A stretch of 64,000 bases of DNA from Armatimonadota bacterium (GTDB lineage: Bacteria; Vulcanimicrobiota; JACPDS01; JBDRKI01): contig JBDRKI010000099.1 in NCBI GenBank assembly GCA_043814095.1, positions 12,342 through 76,341 of the forward strand, written 5' to 3'. Below the pieces are notes generated by a model, which worked only from the letters and a program-made list of their open reading frames with translations, had not been told where the DNA came from and did no database searches. Shown here one piece after another: positions 1 to 9,586 of the stretch. The number at the start of each line of letters is the position of its first letter. The stretch's first letter is position 1. The position numbers were made by a program, and so were the translations under genes.

Positions 1-366
1 GTTATCGGGCACCCTTATACCTACTGTCTTTTTAGGATGCATAAGTATTCTCGGGGTAAGTTTCGTGGAATTTAAAATAAAGGTGTAGGGGCCGGGCAGA
101 AGTTCTTTCATTATCTTGTAGGCGTTATTGGAAAGCATCGCGTATTTCGCAACCTGCCCTATATCAGAGCATATGAATGTAAGAGGTTTATTTTTTTTGA
201 AATTCTTAAGCGTGTATATCTTCTCTATGGCCTGATGTGAATGTATGTCGCACCCGATACCGTAAACGGTATCGGTGGGATAGCATATCACCCCGCCTTT
301 TTTTAACATATCAACGGCGATATTTATAAGCTTTTCTTTCGGATAATCTTTATCAAAATAGAGCAT
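1..366 (-). CDS. tsaC: L-threonylcarbamoyladenylate synthase (TsaC/YrdC/Sua5 family), N-terminal part only. The CDS runs off the window start.
   Basis: I translated the minus strand myself: MLYFDKDYPKEKLINIAVDMLKKGGVICYPTDTVYGIGCDIHSHQAIEKIYTLKNFKKNKPLTFICSD... This is the classic YrdC motif (YPTDTVYG). The ATG is at 366 and the frame stays open to the window edge. Confidence 0.6.
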   Translation of the reverse strand, partial: MLYFDKDYPKEKLINIAVDMLKKGGVICYPTDTVYGIGCDIHSHQAIEKIYTLKNFKKNKPLTFICSDIGQVAKYAMLSNNAYKIMKELLPGPYTFILNSTKLTPRILMHPKKTVGIRVPDN

Positions 367-477
367 AATATTTATTATAACTTTTACAAGATAAAAGTCA
401 AAAATTATTATTATTGAATTATTCCCTTAAGACAAAGGTAAATAAGTAAATTATATAGAATCTTTTATATAATTTAT

Positions 478-1881
478 ATGAATGAAAAACAGAAAAAAAC
501 CTTAAAAATAATGCTTTTGATTCTTCTCGTTTTCATATTCCTTTTTAACTCATATTTTTTAATACCCGGAAAATACAGGAAAACCGCGGAAAAATACTTA
601 GAATCGGCCGTTTACTTTCCTTCCGACCTCTTAAGTTTTTACGGCAAAACAATCGTGGTATTCGCGCCCCACTGCGATGACGAAGTGCTGGGATGCGGCG
701 GACTTATTAAAAAAGCGGTATCGGCCGGCGCAAAAGTGCACATTGTTCTTATTACAAACGGGGAAGGTTTTAAATACGCCGTTGAAGCTAAATTTTTAAA
801 AGTTACGCCGAGCGTTGAAAATTATATTGATTTCGCCCGTATAAGACAGAAAGAGAGCCTTTCCGCGTTAAAACATCTGGGGATTGACCCGAAAAATATT
901 TTCTTTCTCGGGTATCCTGACAGGGGCATAGCAAGAATGTGGGAGACAAACTGGGGTAGGGATAACCCGTTTTACTCACCTTATACAAAAAACTACTCAT
1001 CGCTTTATGAAAACAGCTTCACAAAAAACACCCCTTACTCAGGGGAGGCGCTTTTTTCCGATATAGAAAAAATACTTAAAATCACGGGTCCGGATATTAT
1101 CTATATACCGCATACCATGGATGCACATCCCGATCACTGGGCCGCAAACTGCTTTATAACCGCCGCGGTTGAGAAAGAAAAGCATGGCAAAAAACCGCGG
1201 GTGCTGGCTTACCTCGTGCACAGAGGAAATTGGCCTTATCCTTCCGGAATACACACGTCTCTTGCCTTAATACCTCCAAAAATCCTGCAGAAAACAGGCA
1301 CCCAGTGGGAGATACTCCCCCTCGGGGAACTGGTTGCCCGAGAAAAACTTGCCGCTATAAAAGAATACAAAACACAGCTTCTCTTTATGAAAAACTACCT
1401 TTTTTCCTTCGCGAGAAAAAACGAGGTTTTCGGCGCCTATCCCGGAGTTAAAATTAAAAACATGGAAACAAACATGACAGGGGAAATTGTAATAAAAAAC
1501 CCTTCAGGCGATACAATGAAAAAAAAGACGGAGAAAGACTGCGCCATTGATAAAATATGCGCTTATAAATATAACGGAAACTTGTATATAACCGTTAAAA
1601 CGGTAAAAAACATCTCCGGAAAAACAAGGATAACTTTGTTTTTGACCCTGTTTTACGGTGAGAATAAATTAAAAAGGAAAGAAATAACTTATGACTGCGG
1701 TATGCGAGAGAATAATGACGCGCTTAAAAGATTTACCGTGCTACGCAATAAAAATATGGCAACCTTTATAATCCCCCTTAAACAGATAAATAACCCCCGG
1801 AAAATATTTCTGGGGGCTAAGTCCTACAACGGCAAAAGCTTGGTTGACCGCACATCTTACAGGATGCTTATTCTGGAATAA
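478..1881 (+). CDS. PIG-L/LmbE family N-acetylglucosaminyl deacetylase. It has an N-terminal TM helix and a roughly 150 aa C-terminal beta-rich extension of unknown function.
   Basis: PIG-L family signature: HCDDEVLGCGG, followed by HxxDxHPDH-like motifs (HTMDAHPDHW). There is an N-terminal hydrophobic segment. The gene sits divergent from the lpx cluster. Confidence 0.6.
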   Translation: MNEKQKKTLKIMLLILLVFIFLFNSYFLIPGKYRKTAEKYLESAVYFPSDLLSFYGKTIVVFAPHCDDEVLGCGGLIKKAVSAGAKVHIVLITNGEGFKYAVEAKFLKVTPSVENYIDFARIRQKESLSALKHLGIDPKNIFFLGYPDRGIARMWETNWGRDNPFYSPYTKNYSSLYENSFTKNTPYSGEALFSDIEKILKITGPDIIYIPHTMDAHPDHWAANCFITAAVEKEKHGKKPRVLAYLVHRGNWPYPSGIHTSLALIPPKILQKTGTQWEILPLGELVAREKLAAIKEYKTQLLFMKNYLFSFARKNEVFGAYPGVKIKNMETNMTGEIVIKNPSGDTMKKKTEKDCAIDKICAYKYNGNLYITVKTVKNISGKTRITLFLTLFYGENKLKRKEITYDCGMRENNDALKRFTVLRNKNMATFIIPLKQINNPRKIFLGAKSYNGKSLVDRTSYRMLILE

Positions 1882-1884
1882 AAT

Positions 1885-3129
1885 TTATTTTACTTTTTTT
1901 AATCCTTTATCCAGTCTAATATCTTTCATTTTTTCTTCCTTCTCCAGCTTTTCCATTATCTTTTTTGTGTCCCTTGCTATAACGAGCTCTTCGTTTGTGG
2001 GTATCACAAACACATTTACCTTGCCCGAGCTTATTAAGATATCATTCTTCTCGTTAAGCTTTTCATCCAGCTTAACACCCATAAATTCCAGGCCTTTTAA
2101 TGTAAGGGTTCTGGTAATGGGCGATTTTTCGCCAACCCCTGCGGTAAATACTATTGCGTCCACGCCTCCCATAATAGCCGCGTACGCCCCTATATATTTC
2201 TGTATGCGGTGGCAGTATACCTCAAAAGCCACCTTGTGATGCGGGGTTCCTTCAAAATACCCTTCTTCTATCTCTCTCATATCATTTGTAATCCCGCTTA
2301 TGCCCTTGACTCCGCTTTTTTTGTTTAATACATCATCCATTTCGGCAGTGGTAAGCTTTTCGGAATCCATGATATAAAGGACAAGAGCCGGATCTATATC
2401 ACCGCAGCGCGTGCCCATCACAAGGCCTTCTAATGGAGTAAAGCCCATTGATGTATCTATTGATATGCCGTTTTTAACCGCTGCCATTGACGCGCCGTTG
2501 CCAAGGTGGCAGGTAATTATCTTGCACTGGTTATAATGTTTATTCATAAGCTCTGCCGCTTTATGGGATACATAATGATGGGAAGTACCGTGGAACCCGA
2601 ATCTTCTCACGCCCAGCTTTGTATAATATTCATAAGGAAGCGCGTAAAGATAAGATTCTACCGGCATCTTTGAGTGAAAAGCCGTGTCAAAAACAGCGAC
2701 ATTGGGAACATCGGGCATAAGCTCCTTACAGACTTCTATGCCCTTTAAATTATGCGGGTTGTGAAGGGGCGCAAATTTTATACAGTTTTTTATCTCTTTT
2801 ATAACTTCATTGTTTACATATACCGAATCGGTAAATTTTTCACCGCCGTGAACCACCCTGTGGCCTATGCCTGAAAGTTCTTTTTTATCTTTTATGACAC
2901 CGTACGATTTATTCGATATTGTCTCAAACACAAGGTTTATCGCTTTGTCGTGATCAAGTCTGCCGACTTCTTTTTTCATCCTATCTTTACCTGCCGGGTG
3001 ATATCTTAAAACAGCGCTCTCCTGGCCTATGCATTCAATAAGACCCACAGCCAGAGAGCTCTCGGTTTTATAACTAAACACCTGAAACTTAACAGATGAA
3101 CTCCCGCAGTTTAAAACAAGTATTTTCAT
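1885..3129 (-). CDS. ackA: Acetate kinase
   Basis: Canonical N-terminus MKILVLNCGSSSVKFQ, and typical AckA length with a short Lys/Glu-rich C-terminal tail. Confidence 0.85.
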   Translation of the reverse strand: MKILVLNCGSSSVKFQVFSYKTESSLAVGLIECIGQESAVLRYHPAGKDRMKKEVGRLDHDKAINLVFETISNKSYGVIKDKKELSGIGHRVVHGGEKFTDSVYVNNEVIKEIKNCIKFAPLHNPHNLKGIEVCKELMPDVPNVAVFDTAFHSKMPVESYLYALPYEYYTKLGVRRFGFHGTSHHYVSHKAAELMNKHYNQCKIITCHLGNGASMAAVKNGISIDTSMGFTPLEGLVMGTRCGDIDPALVLYIMDSEKLTTAEMDDVLNKKSGVKGISGITNDMREIEEGYFEGTPHHKVAFEVYCHRIQKYIGAYAAIMGGVDAIVFTAGVGEKSPITRTLTLKGLEFMGVKLDEKLNEKNDILISSGKVNVFVIPTNEELVIARDTKKIMEKLEKEEKMKDIRLDKGLKKVK

Positions 3130-3143
3130 AACAGCCTCCGTTT

Positions 3144-4538
3144 TTAATTAAGAACGACGGTATCCCTGTATTCCGGAATATTAACTTCCCATTTATATTT
3201 TTTCTCTATTTTTTCTTTTAAAGATTCTATCGCCTTTTCTTCGCCGTGCACAAGAAAAACCTTTGAAGGGTCGGATTCAAGATTAAAGAGCCAGTATAAT
3301 ATCTCTTCATAATCCGCATGGGCGGAGAAGCCGTTTATGACTTTTATCTTTGCTTCCACCGGGAAAATCCGGCCGAATATCTTTATATTCTTCTCCCCCT
3401 CTAAAATTCTTCTCCCGCGGGTTCCCTCGGCCTGATACCCGCTGAAAAGTATCGTGTTTTTAGGGTCGCTTATGCGGTGAACAAGGTGATGCAGTATCCT
3501 GCCTCCCGTGCACATCCCGTCAGCGGATATAATAATATTCCCCGCGCCTAATTTATTCAGTTTTTTGGACTCTTCGTGCTTTCTCACGTAATGAAGGTTG
3601 TGGCAGAGTATGGGGGACTGCCCTTTATCTTCAAGCTTCTGCGTTTCTATATCATGGTAGTTTTTATACTTTAAAAATATTTTGGTCGCATTAATCGCCA
3701 TGGGAGAATCAATATACACATTTGTCTTTTTGCTGATCCTTCCGGTATCCTGAAGCCTTTTAATATAATAAAGGATGGCCTGGGTCCTGCCCACAGAGAA
3801 CGCGGGTATTAACAGAACGCCTCCGGCCGAGAAGGTATCATTAATGACTTTTTCCAGTTCAAACTCGTTGCTTTCCGAAGAATGAAGCCGGTTCCCGTAA
3901 GTTGATTCCAGAACAAGATAATCCGCTTTATATACCGGTGAGGGATTTTTTAATATAGGCACCTGGTAATGGCCGAGGTCTCCCGAGAAAATAATCCTTC
4001 TTACTTTCCCGTCATATCTTAATATAATCTCAAGTATCGCCGAACCGAGGAGATGCCCGGCATCCAGAAACTTAACCTGTATATTATCGGAAATTTTGTA
4101 TACCTGATTATAATTTCTCGGCACAAAATACTTAAGGGATTCTTCAGCGTCTCTTACGGTATACAGGGGCATGGCAACTTCATATTTTGAAAACCCCTTT
4201 TTGTTGGCGTAAGCGGCGTATTCTTCCTGCAGGTGCGCCGAATCAAGAAGAAGGATCTGACACAGGTCCACAGTGGGCTTTGTCGCCCATATCTGACCCT
4301 TAAATCCTTCTTTTGTGAATTTAGGTATATATCCCGTATGATCTATATGCGCGTGCGTAAGGATGCAGTAATCTATATCTGCGGGGTTAACGGGGAGTTT
4401 TTCCCAGTTCCTGCGCCTTAATTCCCTTAATCCCTGATACAAACCGCAGTCTATCAAAATATTAACACGCCCGTCGGTTAAATAAAACTTGGATCCTGTA
4501 ACTGTTTTGGTAGCGCCTAAAAATTGTAATCTAAACAT
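3144..4538 (-). CDS. MBL-fold metallo-hydrolase with beta-CASP/RNA-specificity domain (RNase J-like ribonuclease family)
   Basis: HAHIDHTG motif (HxHxDH) near the N-terminus. The roughly 460 aa length is typical of beta-CASP RNA-metabolising MBL proteins. Confidence 0.6.
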   Translation of the reverse strand: MFRLQFLGATKTVTGSKFYLTDGRVNILIDCGLYQGLRELRRRNWEKLPVNPADIDYCILTHAHIDHTGYIPKFTKEGFKGQIWATKPTVDLCQILLLDSAHLQEEYAAYANKKGFSKYEVAMPLYTVRDAEESLKYFVPRNYNQVYKISDNIQVKFLDAGHLLGSAILEIILRYDGKVRRIIFSGDLGHYQVPILKNPSPVYKADYLVLESTYGNRLHSSESNEFELEKVINDTFSAGGVLLIPAFSVGRTQAILYYIKRLQDTGRISKKTNVYIDSPMAINATKIFLKYKNYHDIETQKLEDKGQSPILCHNLHYVRKHEESKKLNKLGAGNIIISADGMCTGGRILHHLVHRISDPKNTILFSGYQAEGTRGRRILEGEKNIKIFGRIFPVEAKIKVINGFSAHADYEEILYWLFNLESDPSKVFLVHGEEKAIESLKEKIEKKYKWEVNIPEYRDTVVLN

Positions 4539-5706
4539 TTATCTCCTGAATAACTTTCTGGGCTATTTTTTTTGCCCCGCCCGGCGGGCCCATTCTCTCA
4601 CGCCCTATTTTGGCCATATATTCGTATTTCGCGGGATTTTCTAAAATAGAAATTACTTCACCTGCAATCTTAACCGGATCTTTATCAACAACGCTTAAAG
4701 CGTCCCCTAAAAGCCCTTTTTGGCGAAGCCTGTACCACCCGAGATTGCCGTCCGGCGTCTTTTCGGAAAACGCGACAACGGGTTTTCCCAGCCCTACCGC
4801 CTGTTCGTTCGCCGTGCCGGCCTGGCCCATAATAATATGGGCCCTGGTTATTATATCCCCGAAAATACCCCGTGTAAGATACACTGTGGAATTTCCCTTT
4901 TTCAGCTCCCCGACAATGCCTTTTGTGTAATTTGTCGGAGTAAGCTCCCATCCCAGACTTATAGATGGCGCCACCATATCTCCCATATCAACCGAAGAAG
5001 CAAGCGCCGTGAAGTATTTTACATCCCAGTTAACTTTTTTGCCCAATACTTCAACCGCCTGAAGAATCATTGAAAAATCTTTATACACATCTTCGCGGCT
5101 CCCAGGAAGTATGCCCACGACAACCTGCGGGTACTGTGTTCCCATGTTGCAGTCAACAGGATTTATGCAGTCCATCATGACATTCCCCGCAAAAACCGCG
5201 TTAATGCCGTAATCCCGCAGATCCGAAGCTGTAACCTCATCCCTGGGAAAAACAGTATCGCAGTATTTTTTAAAAAGTTTTTTTTCTTTATCCGAATAAG
5301 GACAGAAATAATTTGATTTTGCCGTCCCCACAAAAATTTGTTTTCTTTTTGTAAAAAAAGAATTTAAAATAACCGGGTAAGAATCACCCACTGACAATGA
5401 AAGATCTGTTTTTGAACGTATTTTTAATATTGAATTTATCTGCCCGAATGTCAAGCCTATAAGCCCGGCTTTTACATCGTTAAAAAGCATCTTTGCGTGA
5501 TTGGAAGGCACTAGCCCCCCGCTCGGCATAAGTTTGGTAGGACCGAGTTTTTTTACATCAACATTATTATAGGCATGCCCCTTGCCCACAAGGGGTAAGG
5601 CATATACGGTAATCCCCTGATCCGCTTTTTTAATCTCTGAAATTACTTGGGCGGCTATCTCGTCTTCGCCGTAGCCGTTGCTTAATACCAAAATATTCTT
5701 ATCCAT
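4531..5706 (-). CDS. Lipid-A-disaccharide synthase-related glycosyltransferase (GT19 family paralog, TIGR03492-like)
   Basis: It shares the LpxB-family ILPGSR motif (VVGILPGSREDV) and has GT-B-like organisation. It is distinct from the canonical lpxB at 8365..9519. Confidence 0.5.
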   Translation of the reverse strand: MDKNILVLSNGYGEDEIAAQVISEIKKADQGITVYALPLVGKGHAYNNVDVKKLGPTKLMPSGGLVPSNHAKMLFNDVKAGLIGLTFGQINSILKIRSKTDLSLSVGDSYPVILNSFFTKRKQIFVGTAKSNYFCPYSDKEKKLFKKYCDTVFPRDEVTASDLRDYGINAVFAGNVMMDCINPVDCNMGTQYPQVVVGILPGSREDVYKDFSMILQAVEVLGKKVNWDVKYFTALASSVDMGDMVAPSISLGWELTPTNYTKGIVGELKKGNSTVYLTRGIFGDIITRAHIIMGQAGTANEQAVGLGKPVVAFSEKTPDGNLGWYRLRQKGLLGDALSVVDKDPVKIAGEVISILENPAKYEYMAKIGRERMGPPGGAKKIAQKVIQEINV

Positions 5707-5715
5707 AAAACACCC

Positions 5716-6480
5716 TTATAATTTTATAAGTTCGGTGGTTTCTATATCAAATTTTTTACTTCCCGGTTCTTTGCCCTTTTCTTTTTTATATACATTTAAA
5801 TTTATCTTTGTTATATACCTTCCGTGGCTGCCGGAATAAAAAATAAAGCTGTTCCCTGCCGCTACCGGCTCTTTTAGCGCTTTATGGTCATGCCCTCCTA
5901 AAAAGATAAGGCTCTCTTGAAGGCTTTCCGCGATCTTTATGCATCTTTCGTATTCAAGATGCATAAGCACGATTATAATGTCTGCTTTATCTTTTATCTC
6001 CTCGATTACATCTTTAAGAGATATTATATAATCCGTAAATTCAAATCCCGATAAGTTTTTCAAAAAAGAGCCCGGACCATACTGCCGGGGGGTTATCCCC
6101 GTTACGGCTATGTTTACCCCGTTTAAGTTCTTAATAATATACCGTTTTATAAGATTTTCATTTTTCAGGTCTTTCAGGTTGGCGGAAACAAAAGGCATTT
6201 CTGTCTGTTTTACCCTGTTTTTAAAAATACTTCTCAGGTAATGAAACTCCCTGTTTCCCACAGCCACCGCATCATAGCCCGCGTCACGCATTTTATCCAG
6301 TATATCTTCTCTTTTTTTAAAAACAGTTGAGCTTCCCCATATCGCGTCTCCGGAATCCAGAAGCAGGCTGTTCTGCCTGTTTATGGGGAGCTGTTCCAGA
6401 TAAGGAAAAACCGCCCTCTCATTATGCAGATCGGTTGTGTGATAAATTAAAATCTTTTCACCTGCCATATCCCGTTCCAT
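5716..6480 (-). CDS. Cytoplasmic calcineurin-like metallophosphoesterase with UshA/5'-nucleotidase N-domain signature motifs. Candidate UDP-2,3-diacylglucosamine pyrophosphatase, i.e. an LpxH/LpxG functional analog.
   Basis: Motifs HTTDLHN, LDSGDAIWGSS, GNREFH and GGHDH match the UshA-type metallophosphatase signature. There is no signal peptide. The gene is embedded between GT19-family genes. Confidence 0.5.
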   Translation of the reverse strand: MERDMAGEKILIYHTTDLHNERAVFPYLEQLPINRQNSLLLDSGDAIWGSSTVFKKREDILDKMRDAGYDAVAVGNREFHYLRSIFKNRVKQTEMPFVSANLKDLKNENLIKRYIIKNLNGVNIAVTGITPRQYGPGSFLKNLSGFEFTDYIISLKDVIEEIKDKADIIIVLMHLEYERCIKIAESLQESLIFLGGHDHKALKEPVAAGNSFIFYSGSHGRYITKINLNVYKKEKGKEPGSKKFDIETTELIKL

Positions 6481-8408
6481 ATCATCCCGACTATTGAGGC
6501 ATCGCGGTTAATCATTAAAGCCATTATGATCATCATAGCGGCGATAATGGCCAGCGTGTGTATCTCAGCCTTAAAAATAACCTGCCAGTTAAAACGTCCC
6601 TGCAGTTCAAAATAAGGGCGCAGCGCGTTAGGTATAATTCTCGGGACCATTTTAGCGTATATAAGGTAGGGTTCCCCGAAGGTTTCGTATAAATATACTT
6701 CTTCCAGAGGAATTATGATGCCGTAAACTACCATATATCCCATAAGAAAGAGCATAAGCACGATAACTCTTTCTACGGACAGCATACCGCCTATGGCCAT
6801 AAAATAAAAGCCAAGGGCTGTTACGCAGTTGCCCAGATACAGGGGATTTTTAATATAGGCGTAGGGGCCCGCCGTAACAAGCTGCGGGGCCATAAGCTCG
6901 CTTTCCCTCGTGGTTGAGCCCGCGTACCCGACACCCCAGATACGCAGAAATTCGCCCCCGAAAACAAAGATAAGTCCGAACAAAAACGAATACAGCGTGG
7001 GACGCGCGATAAAAAGCACAAAAACAGCCAGAGGCGCGAGAATCCAACCGCGCCATCCGAAAACAAACTCCCTGAAAGGCGTGCGTATTTTATGCGCATT
7101 GGCAAATAAATTTACGCTTGAATCAAGCGAACTTAATATAAGTTCGGCTATCTTCGTTGAAGCATCATGCTTGCCTTTAGTCACCTCAATTAATTCGTGG
7201 CTCATTTTTTCCCTTACATCATCATTCTTTAAAAGCTCCGCGGCCACATTCGTAACTTCTTCAGCTTTCTGTTCCACAATAACTTCAGGCACAATTTCTT
7301 TATCGGCAATCTGGTTTGGAAGCGCCGTAAATTTAATTCTCTTTAGTATCCAGTAAAGAAGCTTCTTCCTGAAAAAGGAGCCCATCGGAAGCGAACCCAG
7401 AAAGCCGGTAAGCCCGCCGCGCGGTATTTTCGCGCGCCATGTTGATGAAACAATCATGGGTTTTCCGAGCGCGGCCACTTCAGCGGTATTGGTGCCAGGT
7501 ATGGTAAGCACAAGGTCGGATAAATTAATCACATCATACTGCATGCCCTGGAGCACCCTTACCTTAAGGCCTTTCTCCGTTTTTATAAACAACGAGCCGT
7601 TATTGGTTATAAGCTCGGCTTTTGTGCCCTCCAGCCCGCTGCCGGAAGGAGTAAGGCATTTTTCAAGATCTTTTAAAGATAAAAACGGTGATACGCCGAG
7701 TAAAAACTGTATGTTGCTGAAACGGTCTTTCAGCTCTTCCGCCACTTTTAAATAGTAAGGAAGGCTTTCTTTCACATGATAGAACCTGCTGCCCGGAAGT
7801 ATGCCGACAGTATGAGAAGTCTCTTCTATGCCCCACTGTTTGCTCACAGCCAGCTTATCAAGGGTGGGCTTTGCCTGTTCAACCATTAGATTCCCGACAA
7901 CCACAATCCTGTCTTTTTTAAACCCCAAATCTGCCATCTCCTGGGCTATTGCCTCATCCTGCACGCCGAGGTAATCAAAATATTTATTCCATTTTGACGC
8001 TTTTACCGAATATGCGACCGAAGGATACCTGAGCCTTCTGGAGACTATAAGAGCGTGCCAGAAATCCCCGCCCAGAAAAACCACGCTCCCGAAAGCGGCG
8101 GGAGAATATTTTTTAAGCCTGAAACCGAAAAGAAACTGTACAAACTCTTTAGGATTTATAACAACATCAACACCGTCAATGGCTTTGGCAATTTCTTCTT
8201 CTTTACCGCTCGCGTAAGGACACGGTACAAGCATAACAATTATGCGTATCTCCGGACGACTTAATTTTAACTTTGCAATTGTTATTCTCACCCATGAAGA
8301 AAGCTCTCCCGGACTGTTTGTTATTATAACTATATCTTTTTTCTTATCATCAACTTTAAGCATATTACTCCTCAACTTTATTAATAATATCGCGGATGAG
8401 CCCGGCAA
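6447..8408 (-). CDS. Two-domain fusion protein. N-terminal GT19 (LpxB-like) glycosyltransferase domain; C-terminal polytopic ICMT/PEMT-family methyltransferase domain (LmtA-like).
   Basis: The N-terminal ~430 aa carry ILPGSR (HTVGILPGSRFYHV) and a GT19-like layout. The C-terminal ~220 aa have several TM helices and the ICMT motif region (NPLYLG...EE..L...FGEPY..Y...VPRIIP). Confidence 0.5.
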   Translation of the reverse strand: MPGSSAILLIKLRSNMLKVDDKKKDIVIITNSPGELSSWVRITIAKLKLSRPEIRIIVMLVPCPYASGKEEEIAKAIDGVDVVINPKEFVQFLFGFRLKKYSPAAFGSVVFLGGDFWHALIVSRRLRYPSVAYSVKASKWNKYFDYLGVQDEAIAQEMADLGFKKDRIVVVGNLMVEQAKPTLDKLAVSKQWGIEETSHTVGILPGSRFYHVKESLPYYLKVAEELKDRFSNIQFLLGVSPFLSLKDLEKCLTPSGSGLEGTKAELITNNGSLFIKTEKGLKVRVLQGMQYDVINLSDLVLTIPGTNTAEVAALGKPMIVSSTWRAKIPRGGLTGFLGSLPMGSFFRKKLLYWILKRIKFTALPNQIADKEIVPEVIVEQKAEEVTNVAAELLKNDDVREKMSHELIEVTKGKHDASTKIAELILSSLDSSVNLFANAHKIRTPFREFVFGWRGWILAPLAVFVLFIARPTLYSFLFGLIFVFGGEFLRIWGVGYAGSTTRESELMAPQLVTAGPYAYIKNPLYLGNCVTALGFYFMAIGGMLSVERVIVLMLFLMGYMVVYGIIIPLEEVYLYETFGEPYLIYAKMVPRIIPNALRPYFELQGRFNWQVIFKAEIHTLAIIAAMMIIMALMINRDASIVGMIWNGIWQVKRF

Positions 8409-9519
8409 CTTTATTAATTACGCCGCCGGATTCAAAATTTTCTTTAATTCTTCGTAAATCGCAGAGCATATCCCTTCTGGCGGGACTTTCTTTAATAAGC
8501 TCGCGCGCAAGCACGCTTATCCTGCGCGGACTTATGTCTTTTTGAATAAATTCAGGAACGACTTCTTTTCCCAGAATAATATTAGGCAGAGAAATATGCT
8601 TAAGGTACGGGAATAATATCTTTGCCGCCGTATAATCAAACCAGTTTAACCTGTATAAGACTATCATGGGGGTTAAAAAATACGCGGCCTCAAGAGTCGC
8701 TGTCCCGCTTGAAGTTATAATAAGATCGGATGCCTGCATTACATCATAAGCGGACCGGGTAACCCGTACAGGAAAGCCTGTCTTTGCCCTTGTTAAGTAA
8801 TCCCTTATAATCTTCTCTATATGGGGCGATGAAGCCGGTATCATAAAGAAGGTCTCCGGGTCTTTCTCGTGAATCAGCATGGAAGTCTCTATCATACTGC
8901 CCAGAAGGAGCCTGACTTCATGAGCCCTGCTGCCGGGAAGAAGCCCTATAACCTTATCTTCTTTTATCCTGTACTCTTTTTTTATGCTGTGTTTATCCCT
9001 GCGCGCATCCTCTATTGCGTCAACTATTGGGTGGCCGAAATAATAAACTTTTTTTCCTGCTTTTTCATACATATTTTTAGTATGTTCAAAAACAGGTACG
9101 ACATAATCAAAGAACCGGGCGTAACGGCGGGTTTTATCAAGATTTTCTTTCCTCCATGCGGAAGGCGGAAAATAATACATCATCTTGATGTTGTGTTTTT
9201 TAACATACTCCGCTATGCGCACATTTATTGCGGGCGAATCTATTAAAATCAAAAGATCGGGCTTGAATTTCACTATATCTTTTTTAAGCTTATCCACCTT
9301 AAACCACAGGTAGGGAACTTTCTTAACGGCTTCCCATATGCCTATAACTCCCCATGAAGAAGTATCCGTAAAATGTTCAAGCTCCTCGGATTTTAAACTG
9401 TGTCCGCCGGCTCCAAGAAACACAATATTATTATCCATCTGCTTCAGTTTCTTTACCAGTAATGAAGAATGCAGATCTCCAGAGGATTCAAACGAAGTTA
9501 TGGCTATTTTTTTGTTCAT
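8365..9519 (-). CDS. lpxB: Lipid-A-disaccharide synthase
   Basis: 384 aa. The N-terminus SFESSGDLHSSLL parallels the LpxB motif AGEVSGDxLGA, and the LLPGSRxxEV motif is present. It sits immediately downstream of lpxA. Confidence 0.8.
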   Translation of the reverse strand: MNKKIAITSFESSGDLHSSLLVKKLKQMDNNIVFLGAGGHSLKSEELEHFTDTSSWGVIGIWEAVKKVPYLWFKVDKLKKDIVKFKPDLLILIDSPAINVRIAEYVKKHNIKMMYYFPPSAWRKENLDKTRRYARFFDYVVPVFEHTKNMYEKAGKKVYYFGHPIVDAIEDARRDKHSIKKEYRIKEDKVIGLLPGSRAHEVRLLLGSMIETSMLIHEKDPETFFMIPASSPHIEKIIRDYLTRAKTGFPVRVTRSAYDVMQASDLIITSSGTATLEAAYFLTPMIVLYRLNWFDYTAAKILFPYLKHISLPNIILGKEVVPEFIQKDISPRRISVLARELIKESPARRDMLCDLRRIKENFESGGVINKVAGLIRDIINKVEE

Positions 9520-9586
9520 AAAAAATTACAGGGCCGGTTTTGTGAAATTCAAAATTGAAATTCTCAAAACTGGCCCCGGTACTCCA

